Below are positions 39,722 through 48,048 of a DNA stretch of 64,000 nt, in pieces (the stretch's first letter is position 1; every line of letters begins with the position of its first letter). The stretch is from NCBI GenBank assembly GCA_934098295.1, contig CAKONV010000006.1:31595-95594 (forward strand), in the 5' to 3' direction. The translations under genes were made by a program, and so were the position numbers. This DNA is from an uncultured Bacilli bacterium. GTDB taxonomy: Bacteria; Bacillota_I; Bacilli_A; ML615J-28; CAG-313. The notes under the pieces are model-generated. The model was not told the origin of the DNA. It did not search any database and saw only the letters and a list, made by a program, of their open reading frames with translations.

Positions 39722-41860
39722 ATGAAAGAAAAATTGTTAGAAATATTTAATGGCAAACTTTCTAAACCATTAGATATAGATGAATTATACAAATTATTAG
39801 ATTTACATAGTAGTAGTGACTTTACTATTCTCGCTAAGACATTAAATGATCTTGAAGATGATTTTTTAATAACCCATAATCGTAGGGGTGAATTTGCTCC
39901 TTTATCATATTTTAAGTTAGCAGTAGGTGTATTAGAAGTAAAAGATGGTGGTTACGGATTTGTTGATACTGATGAAGGTGGTATCTTTATTCCTTCTTCA
40001 TCACTTAAAAATGCCATAACATATGATACCGTATTAATAAAAGTATCTAGTGATGACAAAGGCCGCCTTGAAGGTAATGTTGAAAGAGTCTTAAAAAGAG
40101 GGAACCCTTATATTTATGGTATTTTAAAAATTAATCATGGTAAATATTATTTATATAGTATCGATGATAAAATTAAACTTCGTTTAAATATTGAAAAAGA
40201 TAAACTTAAAAATGCTAAACTTGGTCAAATTGTAAAAGCTTTAGTCCTTCATTATAATCAAAATAACACCGCTGATGGTGAAATTGTTGATATTCTTGGT
40301 TTTAAAGATACATCGGGTACAGATATTTCCGCTTTAGTTTATTCAGCTAATGTGCCTTATCTTTTTTCTTCACCTTGCCTTGATGAAGTGAAAAAAATAC
40401 CTTTAGAGGTTGATATCACCAAATTAGATAAAAGAGTTAACTTAACAGGTAAAAAGATTATAACAATTGATGGTGATGATGCTAAAGACTTAGATGATGC
40501 CATAAGTGTTGAAAAATTAGATAATGGTAACTATAAACTTGGTGTTTATATCGCTGATGTATCCAATTATGTAAAAGAAGATGATAATATTGATAAGGAT
40601 GCCGTAGCTAGAGGTACTTCCATTTATTTACCAGATCGGGTTATACCAATGCTTCCTAAAGAATTGAGTAATGGTATTTGTTCTCTTAATGAAGGAGTAA
40701 TAAGACTAGTGATGGCTGTTGAAATGGAGATAAATAATAGTGGCGAAGTTGTAAACTCATCAATATTCGAAGGTTATATTTCCAGTGCCCATCGCATGAC
40801 CTACCATAATGTAAATAAGATTTTACTTGGTGAGGAAAAATTAAAACATGAATATAGTGATATTGTTGATATGCTGAATGTTGCTAATGAACTTTCACAT
40901 GTTTTATATAATATGCGAATAAAAAGGGGTGCTTTTGAATTTGAAACCCCCGAAACTAAATTAATACTCGATGAACATGGAAAAGTAAAAGATATTTTGA
41001 TGGTTACAAGAAGTGATGCCGAATGCATGATTGAAGAATTCATGCTAATTTGTAACGAAACGGTTGCTAATACAATGACTTGGTTAGATGTTCCTTTTTT
41101 ATACCGTGTTCACGAAGAGCCAAAACAAGAAAAAATTACGAAATTACTATTCCTTGTAGAAAACTTTGGAAACATTTATAAAATTAAAAATGCTAAATCA
41201 ACTGTTCGCGTCTTACAACAAATATTAAAAGATAATTCTTTAAATGATAATAATTTAACAGATGAAGAAAAAACTAAAAGAAGTATTATTAATGATGCTT
41301 TAATTAAATCAATGGCCAAAGCCAAATATCAAGAAACAAATATTGGACACTTTGGTTTAGCATCAAAATGTTATACACATTTTACATCACCAATAAGAAG
41401 ATATCCGGATTTATTAGTTCATCGTTTGATAAAAGAGTTTTTATTAAATGAAAAAACTATTAACAAAAACAATGTTATAGAATACTATAATCATAAGGTT
41501 AATAGTATAGGTATTTCCGCTAGTAAACAAGAAAGAGTTGCGGAAAGGTTGGAACGTGACTGTGATGATTATAAAAAATGCGAATATATGGAACATTTCT
41601 TGGGTGATAAATTTGAAGGAACCATATCATCTATTACAAGTTTTGGCGTTTATGTAACGTTAGACAACACCATTTGTGGACTTTCAAAATTTATGGATAT
41701 GCATGATGATTATTATGATTTTAACGAAATAAAAAGTCAAATAAAAGGAACAAGATATGGAATAACTTATACTTTAGGTGACCGTGTAAAAGTAAGAGTA
41801 ATGAATGTGCATAAAGAGATAAGGGAAATTAATTTCCGTTTATTAGGAAAGGTAAATTGA
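39722..41860 (+). CDS. rnr: Ribonuclease R
   Basis: It has cold-shock-like N domains (GYGFV), RNB domain motifs (TIDGDDAKDLDDAISV, HFGLA...YTHFTSPIRRYPDL) and a C-terminal S1 domain. Confidence 0.95.
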   Translation: MKEKLLEIFNGKLSKPLDIDELYKLLDLHSSSDFTILAKTLNDLEDDFLITHNRRGEFAPLSYFKLAVGVLEVKDGGYGFVDTDEGGIFIPSSSLKNAITYDTVLIKVSSDDKGRLEGNVERVLKRGNPYIYGILKINHGKYYLYSIDDKIKLRLNIEKDKLKNAKLGQIVKALVLHYNQNNTADGEIVDILGFKDTSGTDISALVYSANVPYLFSSPCLDEVKKIPLEVDITKLDKRVNLTGKKIITIDGDDAKDLDDAISVEKLDNGNYKLGVYIADVSNYVKEDDNIDKDAVARGTSIYLPDRVIPMLPKELSNGICSLNEGVIRLVMAVEMEINNSGEVVNSSIFEGYISSAHRMTYHNVNKILLGEEKLKHEYSDIVDMLNVANELSHVLYNMRIKRGAFEFETPETKLILDEHGKVKDILMVTRSDAECMIEEFMLICNETVANTMTWLDVPFLYRVHEEPKQEKITKLLFLVENFGNIYKIKNAKSTVRVLQQILKDNSLNDNNLTDEEKTKRSIINDALIKSMAKAKYQETNIGHFGLASKCYTHFTSPIRRYPDLLVHRLIKEFLLNEKTINKNNVIEYYNHKVNSIGISASKQERVAERLERDCDDYKKCEYMEHFLGDKFEGTISSITSFGVYVTLDNTICGLSKFMDMHDDYYDFNEIKSQIKGTRYGITYTLGDRVKVRVMNVHKEIREINFRLLGKVN

Positions 41861-41861
41861 T

Positions 41862-42314
41862 ATGAATGAAAAAAGTAAAGTAGTTTGTCAAAATAAAAGA
41901 GCCACATTTGACTATTATATTACCGAAACTTATACTGCTGGTATTGTTTTATTAGGAACTGAAATTAAATCCATTCGTTTAGGAAAAGCGACTTTTAATA
42001 ATGCCTATTGTGAAATTAAAAATAATGAAATGTTCTTAATAGGTCTTCATATATCAAAATATGAAATGGGGAATATTTTTAACCATGATCCTGATCGCAT
42101 AAAAAAATTATTGTTGAATAAAAGAGAAATCTTAAAATTAGTAAATCGAAAAAGTCAAGATGGTTACACCATTGTCCCCTTAAAAGTTATTCTAGTAGAG
42201 GGACTAGCTAAAGTTGTAATAGGGGTAGCTAAAGGTAAAAAACTATATGATAAACGAGATGACATAAAAAAACAAGATGAATTAATGTATATAAAAAAAG
42301 TAGGTAGAAGGTGA
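41862..42314 (+). CDS. smpB: SsrA-binding protein SmpB
   Basis: It has NKRATFDY...GTEIKSIR...LLLNKREI. Confidence 0.95.
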   Translation: MNEKSKVVCQNKRATFDYYITETYTAGIVLLGTEIKSIRLGKATFNNAYCEIKNNEMFLIGLHISKYEMGNIFNHDPDRIKKLLLNKREILKLVNRKSQDGYTIVPLKVILVEGLAKVVIGVAKGKKLYDKRDDIKKQDELMYIKKVGRR

Positions 42315-42318
42315 GAAA

Positions 42319-44283
42319 ATGCTTAGCAATTATAATAAAGGTATTGAATTACTCCAAGAGAAAAAGTTCCAAGAAGCCTATGAGGAATTTAGTAAAGCCT
42401 ATAATGACAGTAATAACGATTATCCATCCCTTTATTTTCGAGCAACTACTGATTTTTTCTATCTAAAAGACAATATAGATCAAACAATTAAAGATTTCGA
42501 ATTATTAATTAGTTTGAAAGGTAAAAATAGTACTTATCATAATGAATGTATCGAATTTTTAGTTATCCTATATGATGCTAAAAATGAATTTGACAAAATT
42601 ATTAAGTGTGGAGACGAAGCTTTAAAAGTTATTGCCGATGGCAAAGGCCAAAAAGTCTTTGACTTACAACAACAAATTTGTTATATCTTAGCTAGAGCAT
42701 ATTATCATCAAGATAATGATGAAGCCTATGAACGTGGTGTTGAGTTAATTGATGATTGTATAAATGAAACAGAAGATGATTTAGATGTTGATTATTACCT
42801 TCTAAAAGTAGAATTATTAATTAGATTAGCTTCTTTTGATGAAGCTAACAATGAACTCCAAAAAATTCAAGCTAAGTATGGCAGCAGTGCTCTATTTTAT
42901 AATGTTCAAACCGATTATTATTATGAAAAAGCTCGCACCGCAAACGAAAATGAAGTAATTGACATAGCATCACATGCCCTTATAAGTTTAGAAAATTGGG
43001 AAAGATATGATGATGGAAGTAGTAAATACAGTATTAACGTTAAAAAAGCAAGAATCTTAACATTAATGAAAAAATATGATGAAGCCCTTCTTGTTTTAGA
43101 CAAAATAATAAATAGTGATAATGAAGCTGATATCATTGAAGAAAAAATATATGTTTATGATTTAATTGGTGATTATCAAGAACCGATTAAATTATGTGAA
43201 GAATATTTGAAACGAAAAGATGATGCTATGATTTCTTATTCACTTGCTTTCATGTTATTTCAAAATGCCAGAGAAAAAGAAGAATATGAAAGATGCAAAA
43301 AACTATTTAAGAAAGCATATGATGATCTAAAATTACCATATTTACTCTTTGACTTGTATAAAGTTAATTGTGAACTAGAATTATATGAAGAAAATTATTT
43401 ATTGTTAAAACAAGCTAGTAAAGATTTTCCTAATAATGGTAAGATATACTACTATTTAGCTATTACTTGTAATAGAATTAATAAACCTTATGATGAACAA
43501 TTAGAATATTATCAAAACGCTCATAAATTTGGTTTTATTAATGAATTAGAAATGTTAGATGAAATAACAATTATTGTTGAAAAACCTAATAAATATTATA
43601 GAATAGTAAAAAAACATAAAAAAGATCCATTAGAAGAACTTGACCCTTGGTCGATTAGAAGAATGGGAATAAGATATTTGTATGGTGAAGATGGCTTTAA
43701 AATTAATTATAATTTTGCTTACAAATACTTGTCAGAAGCATCTAAACAACTACCAGATAGTTCATGTCTAAAAACAACGATGGGTAGATATTATGAAAAA
43801 AGTAAAAATAATACCGAAAAAATATTTACCACTTATAGCGAAGCTTATAAAGAATATACTCTTGATGAGGATGCTTCTTGTAATTGTGCTGCTGGTTATT
43901 TAGCACACGCTTATTTAAATGGTATAGGAACAAAAATAGATATAGATAAAGCTAAAGAATTAATTATTGAAGCATATAAAAAAAGAGGAATCTATTCCTC
44001 AAACATAGTAATTTATTTATATACTTATTTTGCGTTACAAAATATGGAAGGATTTGACAAAACAGAAGCCCTTAAATGTTTAGAAACAACTTATCCATTT
44101 TATCGTTATGAATTGACAAGGTATATGTATTTAGTAAAAATAAAAAAAGCATTGCATATGGATTATAGTTGTGATGAACAGATGATAAAGAAATGTTTAA
44201 AATATAGTTCTAAAGAAGTAAAAAAATATTATAAAGAAAATAAAAATAAAGATATTTGTTATCCTTGTTTTAATAATTATTAA
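42319..44283 (+). CDS. TPR / Sel1-like repeat protein
   Basis: It is a helical repeat protein. The N-terminal half has TPR-like A/Y/L periodicity. The C-terminal part has Sel1-like units (AAGYLAHAYLNGIGTKIDIDKAKELI). Confidence 0.45.
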   Translation: MLSNYNKGIELLQEKKFQEAYEEFSKAYNDSNNDYPSLYFRATTDFFYLKDNIDQTIKDFELLISLKGKNSTYHNECIEFLVILYDAKNEFDKIIKCGDEALKVIADGKGQKVFDLQQQICYILARAYYHQDNDEAYERGVELIDDCINETEDDLDVDYYLLKVELLIRLASFDEANNELQKIQAKYGSSALFYNVQTDYYYEKARTANENEVIDIASHALISLENWERYDDGSSKYSINVKKARILTLMKKYDEALLVLDKIINSDNEADIIEEKIYVYDLIGDYQEPIKLCEEYLKRKDDAMISYSLAFMLFQNAREKEEYERCKKLFKKAYDDLKLPYLLFDLYKVNCELELYEENYLLLKQASKDFPNNGKIYYYLAITCNRINKPYDEQLEYYQNAHKFGFINELEMLDEITIIVEKPNKYYRIVKKHKKDPLEELDPWSIRRMGIRYLYGEDGFKINYNFAYKYLSEASKQLPDSSCLKTTMGRYYEKSKNNTEKIFTTYSEAYKEYTLDEDASCNCAAGYLAHAYLNGIGTKIDIDKAKELIIEAYKKRGIYSSNIVIYLYTYFALQNMEGFDKTEALKCLETTYPFYRYELTRYMYLVKIKKALHMDYSCDEQMIKKCLKYSSKEVKKYYKENKNKDICYPCFNNY

Positions 44284-44285
44284 AA

Positions 44286-44582
44286 TTAATTATTTTTGTT
44301 TTTTAAATTATTTAGTTCCTTTTTTAAATTTTCAACATCATTAAGTAGTTGTTGATATTCTTCTTGGGTAGGAGTAGCACTTGCTTGAGCAGAAAATGTT
44401 AACATAATTTGTCCAACCATTTCTAACCAGTTTCCTAAAGAGTTTTGACTGTTAGCATCTAGTTCCCAAGAAATCAAGTAGGCAATAACAGTTCCCACAG
44501 TTACATATTCTAAAGGAGAAATAGAGTTTAACCATTCGGCAAAATCACTTAGATTTTTCTTAGTGTTATTATTGTTATTCAT
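44286..44582 (-). CDS. Small hypothetical protein with hydrophobic core and C-terminal coiled coil
   Basis: It is a 98-aa ORF with convergent orientation. No family was recognised. Confidence 0.4.
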   Translation of the reverse strand: MNNNNNTKKNLSDFAEWLNSISPLEYVTVGTVIAYLISWELDANSQNSLGNWLEMVGQIMLTFSAQASATPTQEEYQQLLNDVENLKKELNNLKNKNN

Positions 44583-44684
44583 AGGTCCTCTATTTTATTA
44601 TATTAAATAATTACTTTAAAAATAACTATTTATTGTTTTTGACAAACAACAAAAAAAGTGATAAAATAACTAAAAAGGTGTATT

Positions 44685-45248
44685 ATGAAATTTTGTAGTT
44701 TAATATTAGAAAAGTATAATAATGAAGATGAATCATCACTTGGTTCTACACATATTCTTGGTTGCCCTGATGTGCCAAAATCATGGAATGATGATGCGGT
44801 CTTTTTTAATGACGAAGTTTTCTTAGGTCAAATAAATTTGGCTGATGTTGACATTGATGCTCTTCCTAAAAAAGGAATTTTATATTTCTATTTTGCTAGT
44901 GAATCAAGACCATATCGAGGCATAGTAAGATATACAGAAAACATCGATGATTTAGAAAGAGTTGATTTTAACTCAGAAGTAGAGTTTGATGCTAATCTTA
45001 ATCAGGAATATGCTGTTAAATTTAGCAATCAAAGTGGTGAAATACAATTATTAGGTCCTCTTCCACAATTTAAACATTATAATTGTAAAACTAAAGAAGT
45101 TTTATTATTTAAATTCAATCCTCAAGCATATCATGAAATTGATATATTTAAAAACATTGATGAAGAAATATGCTATTTGATTGATGAAGAAGATTTAAAA
45201 AAATTTAATTTTGATAAAGCTCATTTATCTTTATCATTAGATGACTAA
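44685..45248 (+). CDS. DUF1963 (YwqG-like) family protein
   Basis: It has GCPDVPKSW...FLGQINLADV...LPKKGILYFYF, characteristic of the YwqG/DUF1963 fold. Confidence 0.55.
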   Translation: MKFCSLILEKYNNEDESSLGSTHILGCPDVPKSWNDDAVFFNDEVFLGQINLADVDIDALPKKGILYFYFASESRPYRGIVRYTENIDDLERVDFNSEVEFDANLNQEYAVKFSNQSGEIQLLGPLPQFKHYNCKTKEVLLFKFNPQAYHEIDIFKNIDEEICYLIDEEDLKKFNFDKAHLSLSLDD

Positions 45249-45269
45249 TAGGATATCCATCCTATTAAT

Positions 45270-45344
45270 AGGACCATCGCCAAGCGGTAAGGCAAGTGGC
45301 TCTGACCCACTCATTCGAAGGTTCGAATCCTTCTGGTCCTGCCA
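45270..45344 (+). tRNA. tRNA-Gln (anticodon CUG)
   Basis: It folds into a cloverleaf: acceptor AGGACCA/TGGTCCT, D stem GCC/GGC, anticodon stem AGTGG/CCACT with loop CTCTGAC (anticodon CTG), and T arm GAAGG-TTCGAAT-CCTTC. The CCA end is encoded. Confidence 0.9.
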
Positions 45345-45357
45345 TTAAAATAGGTCA

Positions 45358-45378
45358 AAAAGTCTTTTGTAGACTTTT
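45358..45378 (+). terminator. Terminator hairpin after tRNA-Gln
   Basis: The stem is AAAAGTCT-tttgt-AGACTTTT. Confidence 0.6.
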
Positions 45379-45387
45379 AAAAAATAA

Positions 45388-45448
45388 GCTATTTTCGCAA
45401 TAATTCATAGTTTTGCTATGATGAAATGTAGAAAATAGCCTTTTTTTT
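45388..45448 (+). other. Second structured element ending in T8 (terminator or small RNA 3' end)
   Basis: An outer 9-bp stem (GCTATTTTC / GAAAATAGC) encloses an inner hairpin (CATAG-ttttg-CTATG) and is followed by TTTTTTTT. Confidence 0.35.
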
Positions 45449-45471
45449 ATTCAAAAAGTGTAGAGCTGTAC

Positions 45472-45551
45472 GGGGAGTTGAACCTTCGTTTTTTACGGCT
45501 AGACTGGGGAGTTGAACTAATTTCAAATTTTAGGAACAAGGGGATTTGAAT
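45472..45551 (+). repeat. Three 12-nt direct repeats with exact 34-bp phasing
   Basis: The copies are GGGGAGTTGAAC (45472), GGGGAGTTGAAC (45506) and GGGGATTTGAAT (45540). Confidence 0.7.
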
Positions 45552-45721
45552 ATTAGTATCATTACCAGTTTTTAAGCAGGTTTTAGGGGCTTTGTCAGTT
45601 CTTTATCAAAAGTAGGAGTAAATATAGGGAAAAGCATATAGAAGAGAGCGTTGGCGATATATTAACGCTTTCATAATTTTAAATAAATAAACACACGTTT
45701 TTTAATCAAAACGATATAAGT

Positions 45722-45750
45722 TTGACATTTTTTGGATAATAATGTATAAT
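45722..45750 (+). promoter_or_regulatory. Perfect-consensus sigma-A-type promoter
   Basis: It is TTGACA, a 17-nt spacer, then TATAAT, ending 26 nt upstream of the ATG at 45776. Confidence 0.7.
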
Positions 45751-45775
45751 ATTAGTGTACTTAAGTAGGTATAAA

Positions 45776-46191
45776 ATGAAAAAATTTAAAAAATTATTTT
45801 TTTTTATTATTAGTACTTTTACTTTGTACTATTGGAACAATTGATGTTAATGCGGCTAGAATTATTAGAGATGAAGATAATGATTTAGGTGTTGTATTAT
45901 GGTTCTTTAGAAGATGAAAGCTATTATGTAGAAATTAATGAAGAAACAAATGTTGGATATGTTGTATGTTCATTCAATGGTGAAAAAGAAATAGTGGGAA
46001 CATGTACTGTAATTATAATCAATGAAGAAAATTCAAATGGATATGAAGTATGTACAGGACAAAATGATACATTAGGTATTATAACAATTGTCATTACTGA
46101 TGAAATTACTTCTACAGGATATGTTAGTGATGTTACTGACGAATTAATAGGAGTATTTAATGTTAATGAACAAGTATCTTTTGAAGAGTAA
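45776..46191 (+). pseudogene. Possible frameshift-disrupted gene for a small secreted repeat protein (ORF-track piece 45889-46191)
   Basis: The ATG at 45776 opens MKKFKKLFFF and then runs into a T9 tract (45797-45805). The -1 frame continues as a proper signal peptide (LLVLLLCTIGTIDVNA-ARIIRDEDNDLG) and stops at 45916. A third frame (45889-46191) carries three INEExxxGY(V/E) repeats. Confidence 0.35.
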
Positions 46192-46377
46192 TATTAAAAA
46201 ATGTATGTAGGGCGATTTAGAAATCAATTCAATATTGTTAAAGCTATTTATAGGGTGTTTTAATTTAGTAAAATTGTACCTATATAAAGGAAGCATCTTT
46301 AGGCCTTGTGCGTTTAAAGGTGCTTTTTATTTATTTGATTAATGGAAAGGATAAAAAAAATAAAAAAATTTTAGTAA

Positions 46378-46424
46378 GGTGGTTGTTTTTTTGCTTCTCT
46401 TTGCATGTTACCTGGTTGAGGAGC
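46378..46424 (+). promoter_or_regulatory. Repeated promoter/leader module copy 1 (upstream of sigma gene)
   Basis: The sequence is GGTGGTTGTTTTTTTGCTTCTCTTTGCATGTTACCTGGTTGAGGAGC. Here the GAGGAG element can pair with CTCCTCA at 46456-46462, ahead of the real RBS AAGGAGG. Confidence 0.55.
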
Positions 46425-46479
46425 ATAGCAATTAAAATAATAATTAATATCGTCACTCCTCAAAAATAAAGGAGGAGTT

Positions 46480-47244
46480 ATGAATCGTATAATAAAACTT
46501 GTAATAGATTATAAAGAATCACAAGCAGATTTTATATTTCAAGATTTAGTTGATGAATTAACTGACTTAATTGATCACCATAAAAGAAAAGTCGCCGTTT
46601 ATTATAGAGATGATTTGGGACAAGAATTATTAGTATGCCTTGTTAGAGTTATAGATAAATTCAGAATTAAGAATTTTAAGCCAATTAATGAAGAACTATT
46701 TAATTTAAATACGCTTAAATTATTGTTAGAACATAATTACAATAATGTTAATGATGTTTTAAATAATAAATATGTATTAGGTTTTATTGATAAGTATGGT
46801 GCAGATTTATTCAATAAAGCATTTGAAAATTTAAATGATTATAATATTTTTATATTTGAATTTAAACTATTTTGTAATGAAAATCAATTTTTTAAATATT
46901 TAGATAAATCATTAACTAATCAAGTAAATTATTTTGTCAGAAAAAATATAATTAATGATAATAAAATAATAAGTTTAAATACCATTACATCCAGTGATAT
47001 TGAATATATAGATTTAATCCCTGATATAGAAGAAGAAACTAAAATAGTATTTGATATTAATTTACTAGATGAAACTGACAGATCTTTTTTATATAATTTT
47101 ATTAAAGATGATGAAATTATAACTGGAAAAGAAGTTGCTGAAATATTAGGTGTTACACAACAAGCTGTTAGTAGAAGATTAAAAAGGCTTTATAAAAGAT
47201 ATCTGAAAAAATATTATGAAGTATATGAGAAAGTGGAAAAGTAA
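46480..47244 (+). CDS. Sigma-70-family RNA polymerase sigma factor (regions 2 and 4 only; ECF / TcdR-UviA-like architecture)
   Basis: It has a region-2-like segment (YYRDDLGQELLVCLVRVIDKF) and a C-terminal region-4 HTH (ITGKEVAEILGVTQQAVSRRLKRLYKRY). It has a strong RBS. Confidence 0.7.
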   Translation: MNRIIKLVIDYKESQADFIFQDLVDELTDLIDHHKRKVAVYYRDDLGQELLVCLVRVIDKFRIKNFKPINEELFNLNTLKLLLEHNYNNVNDVLNNKYVLGFIDKYGADLFNKAFENLNDYNIFIFEFKLFCNENQFFKYLDKSLTNQVNYFVRKNIINDNKIISLNTITSSDIEYIDLIPDIEEETKIVFDINLLDETDRSFLYNFIKDDEIITGKEVAEILGVTQQAVSRRLKRLYKRYLKKYYEVYEKVEK

Positions 47245-47266
47245 AATTTTTCACTTTTTTTATTTT
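47233..47266 (+). terminator. Terminator overlapping the sigma-gene stop codon
   Basis: The hairpin GTGGAAAA-gtaaaa-TTTTTCAC (one G-U pair) is followed by TTTTTTTATTTTT. Confidence 0.55.
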
Positions 47267-47267
47267 T

Positions 47268-47316
47268 GGTGGTTGTTTTTTTGATACATCTTGTATGTTA
47301 CTAGGGTGTGGAGGTG
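47268..47316 (+). promoter_or_regulatory. Repeated promoter/leader module copy 2
   Basis: The sequence is GGTGGTTGTTTTTTTGATACATCTTGTATGTTACTAGGGTGTGGAGGTG. Its GGAGG serves as the SD for the ATG at 47323. Confidence 0.55.
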
Positions 47317-47322
47317 AAAACA

Positions 47323-47607
47323 ATGGAAAAACTTACAGTTGTAGTTTCTATTATAGGAGTTATAGGAACAATATCAAGTATCTTTTTTGCATACCTTGCA
47401 TGTAGGCGTAATTTAGTAAAAGATGAACATACTGAGGCCAAGAATGAAGGAGCAATTCTATCTGACATTGGTTATATAAAAGCATGTGTAGATCGGGTAG
47501 AAAAGAACCTAAACAAGGTTGATGAAAGATATCGTAATGTTGTTGAAAGACTTGCAAAAGTGGAAGAAGCAGTTGCCAATGTGATTAAAAGAGTTGATGA
47601 ATTATAA
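47323..47607 (+). CDS. Small membrane-anchored coiled-coil protein of the kind found in Firmicute prophage lysis cassettes (BhlA/UviB-like topology)
   Basis: It has one N-terminal TM segment (VVVSIIGVIGTISSIFFAYLA) followed by LSDIGYIKACVDRVEKNL...RLAKVEEAVANVIKRVDEL. The start is moved to the ATG behind GGAGGTG; the ORF-track GTG at 47308 lies inside the module. Confidence 0.55.
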   Translation: MEKLTVVVSIIGVIGTISSIFFAYLACRRNLVKDEHTEAKNEGAILSDIGYIKACVDRVEKNLNKVDERYRNVVERLAKVEEAVANVIKRVDEL

Positions 47608-47629
47608 AAAAATAAAAAAATTTAATTCA

Positions 47630-47676
47630 GATGGTTGTTTTTTTACACATCTTGCATGTTACTAGGGTGAGGAGGT
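47630..47676 (+). promoter_or_regulatory. Repeated promoter/leader module copy 3 (heads the holin-to-immunity operon)
   Basis: The sequence is GATGGTTGTTTTTTTACACATCTTGCATGTTACTAGGGTGAGGAGGT. Its SD precedes an 11-codon mini-ORF. Confidence 0.55.
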
Positions 47677-47682
47677 AAAAAG

Positions 47683-47718
47683 ATGATTAAATATATAAAG
47701 AAGTTAACACCAATTTAA
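47683..47718 (+). CDS. 11-codon leader mini-ORF (MIKYIKKLTPI)
   Basis: Its ATG lies 6 nt after the module-3 GGAGGT and its TAA stop lies 39 nt before the holin ATG. Whether it is translated is unknown. Confidence 0.2.
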   Translation: MIKYIKKLTPI

Positions 47719-47757
47719 GTTAAATACTAGTTAAGTTTTGAAAGGAGGTAAAACAAA

Positions 47758-48048
47758 ATGGATTTTACAAGTGTGCCTATTATAGTCGTATGCTGCTATA
47801 TATTAGGGGAATTATATAAAGCAATATTTAAAAATAAGACAGAAGCATACAAACTAATACCTATTCTAATGGCAATGGTTGGAGGAATATTAGGGATTTT
47901 GATTTATTTAACAAATCCAGAAATGATTTTTAATGTAGATAATATATGGATTGCATTAGGAATTGGTATAGTTAGTGGTACTAGTTCAACTGGTACAAAT
48001 CAAATAATAAAACAAATATTTAAAACAAAAGGAGAAGAAAAAAAATGA
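47758..48048 (+). CDS. Phage-type holin (3 predicted TM segments)
   Basis: It is 96 aa with three hydrophobic helices (PIIVVCCYILGELY, LIPILMAMVGGILGILIYL, IWIALGIGIVSGTSSTG) and a charged tail (KTKGEEKK). It has a strong RBS (GGAGG). Confidence 0.65.
   Translation: MDFTSVPIIVVCCYILGELYKAIFKNKTEAYKLIPILMAMVGGILGILIYLTNPEMIFNVDNIWIALGIGIVSGTSSTGTNQIIKQIFKTKGEEKK

Noticed and set aside
42315-45888. I looked for tmRNA (ssrA) downstream of smpB, as found in Bacillus-type gene order.
   Set aside because: smpB is followed directly by a protein-coding gene. I found no tRNA-Ala-like acceptor/T-arm pair or tag-peptide reading frame in the non-coding stretches up to 45.9 kb. The only tRNA-like fold is tRNA-Gln.
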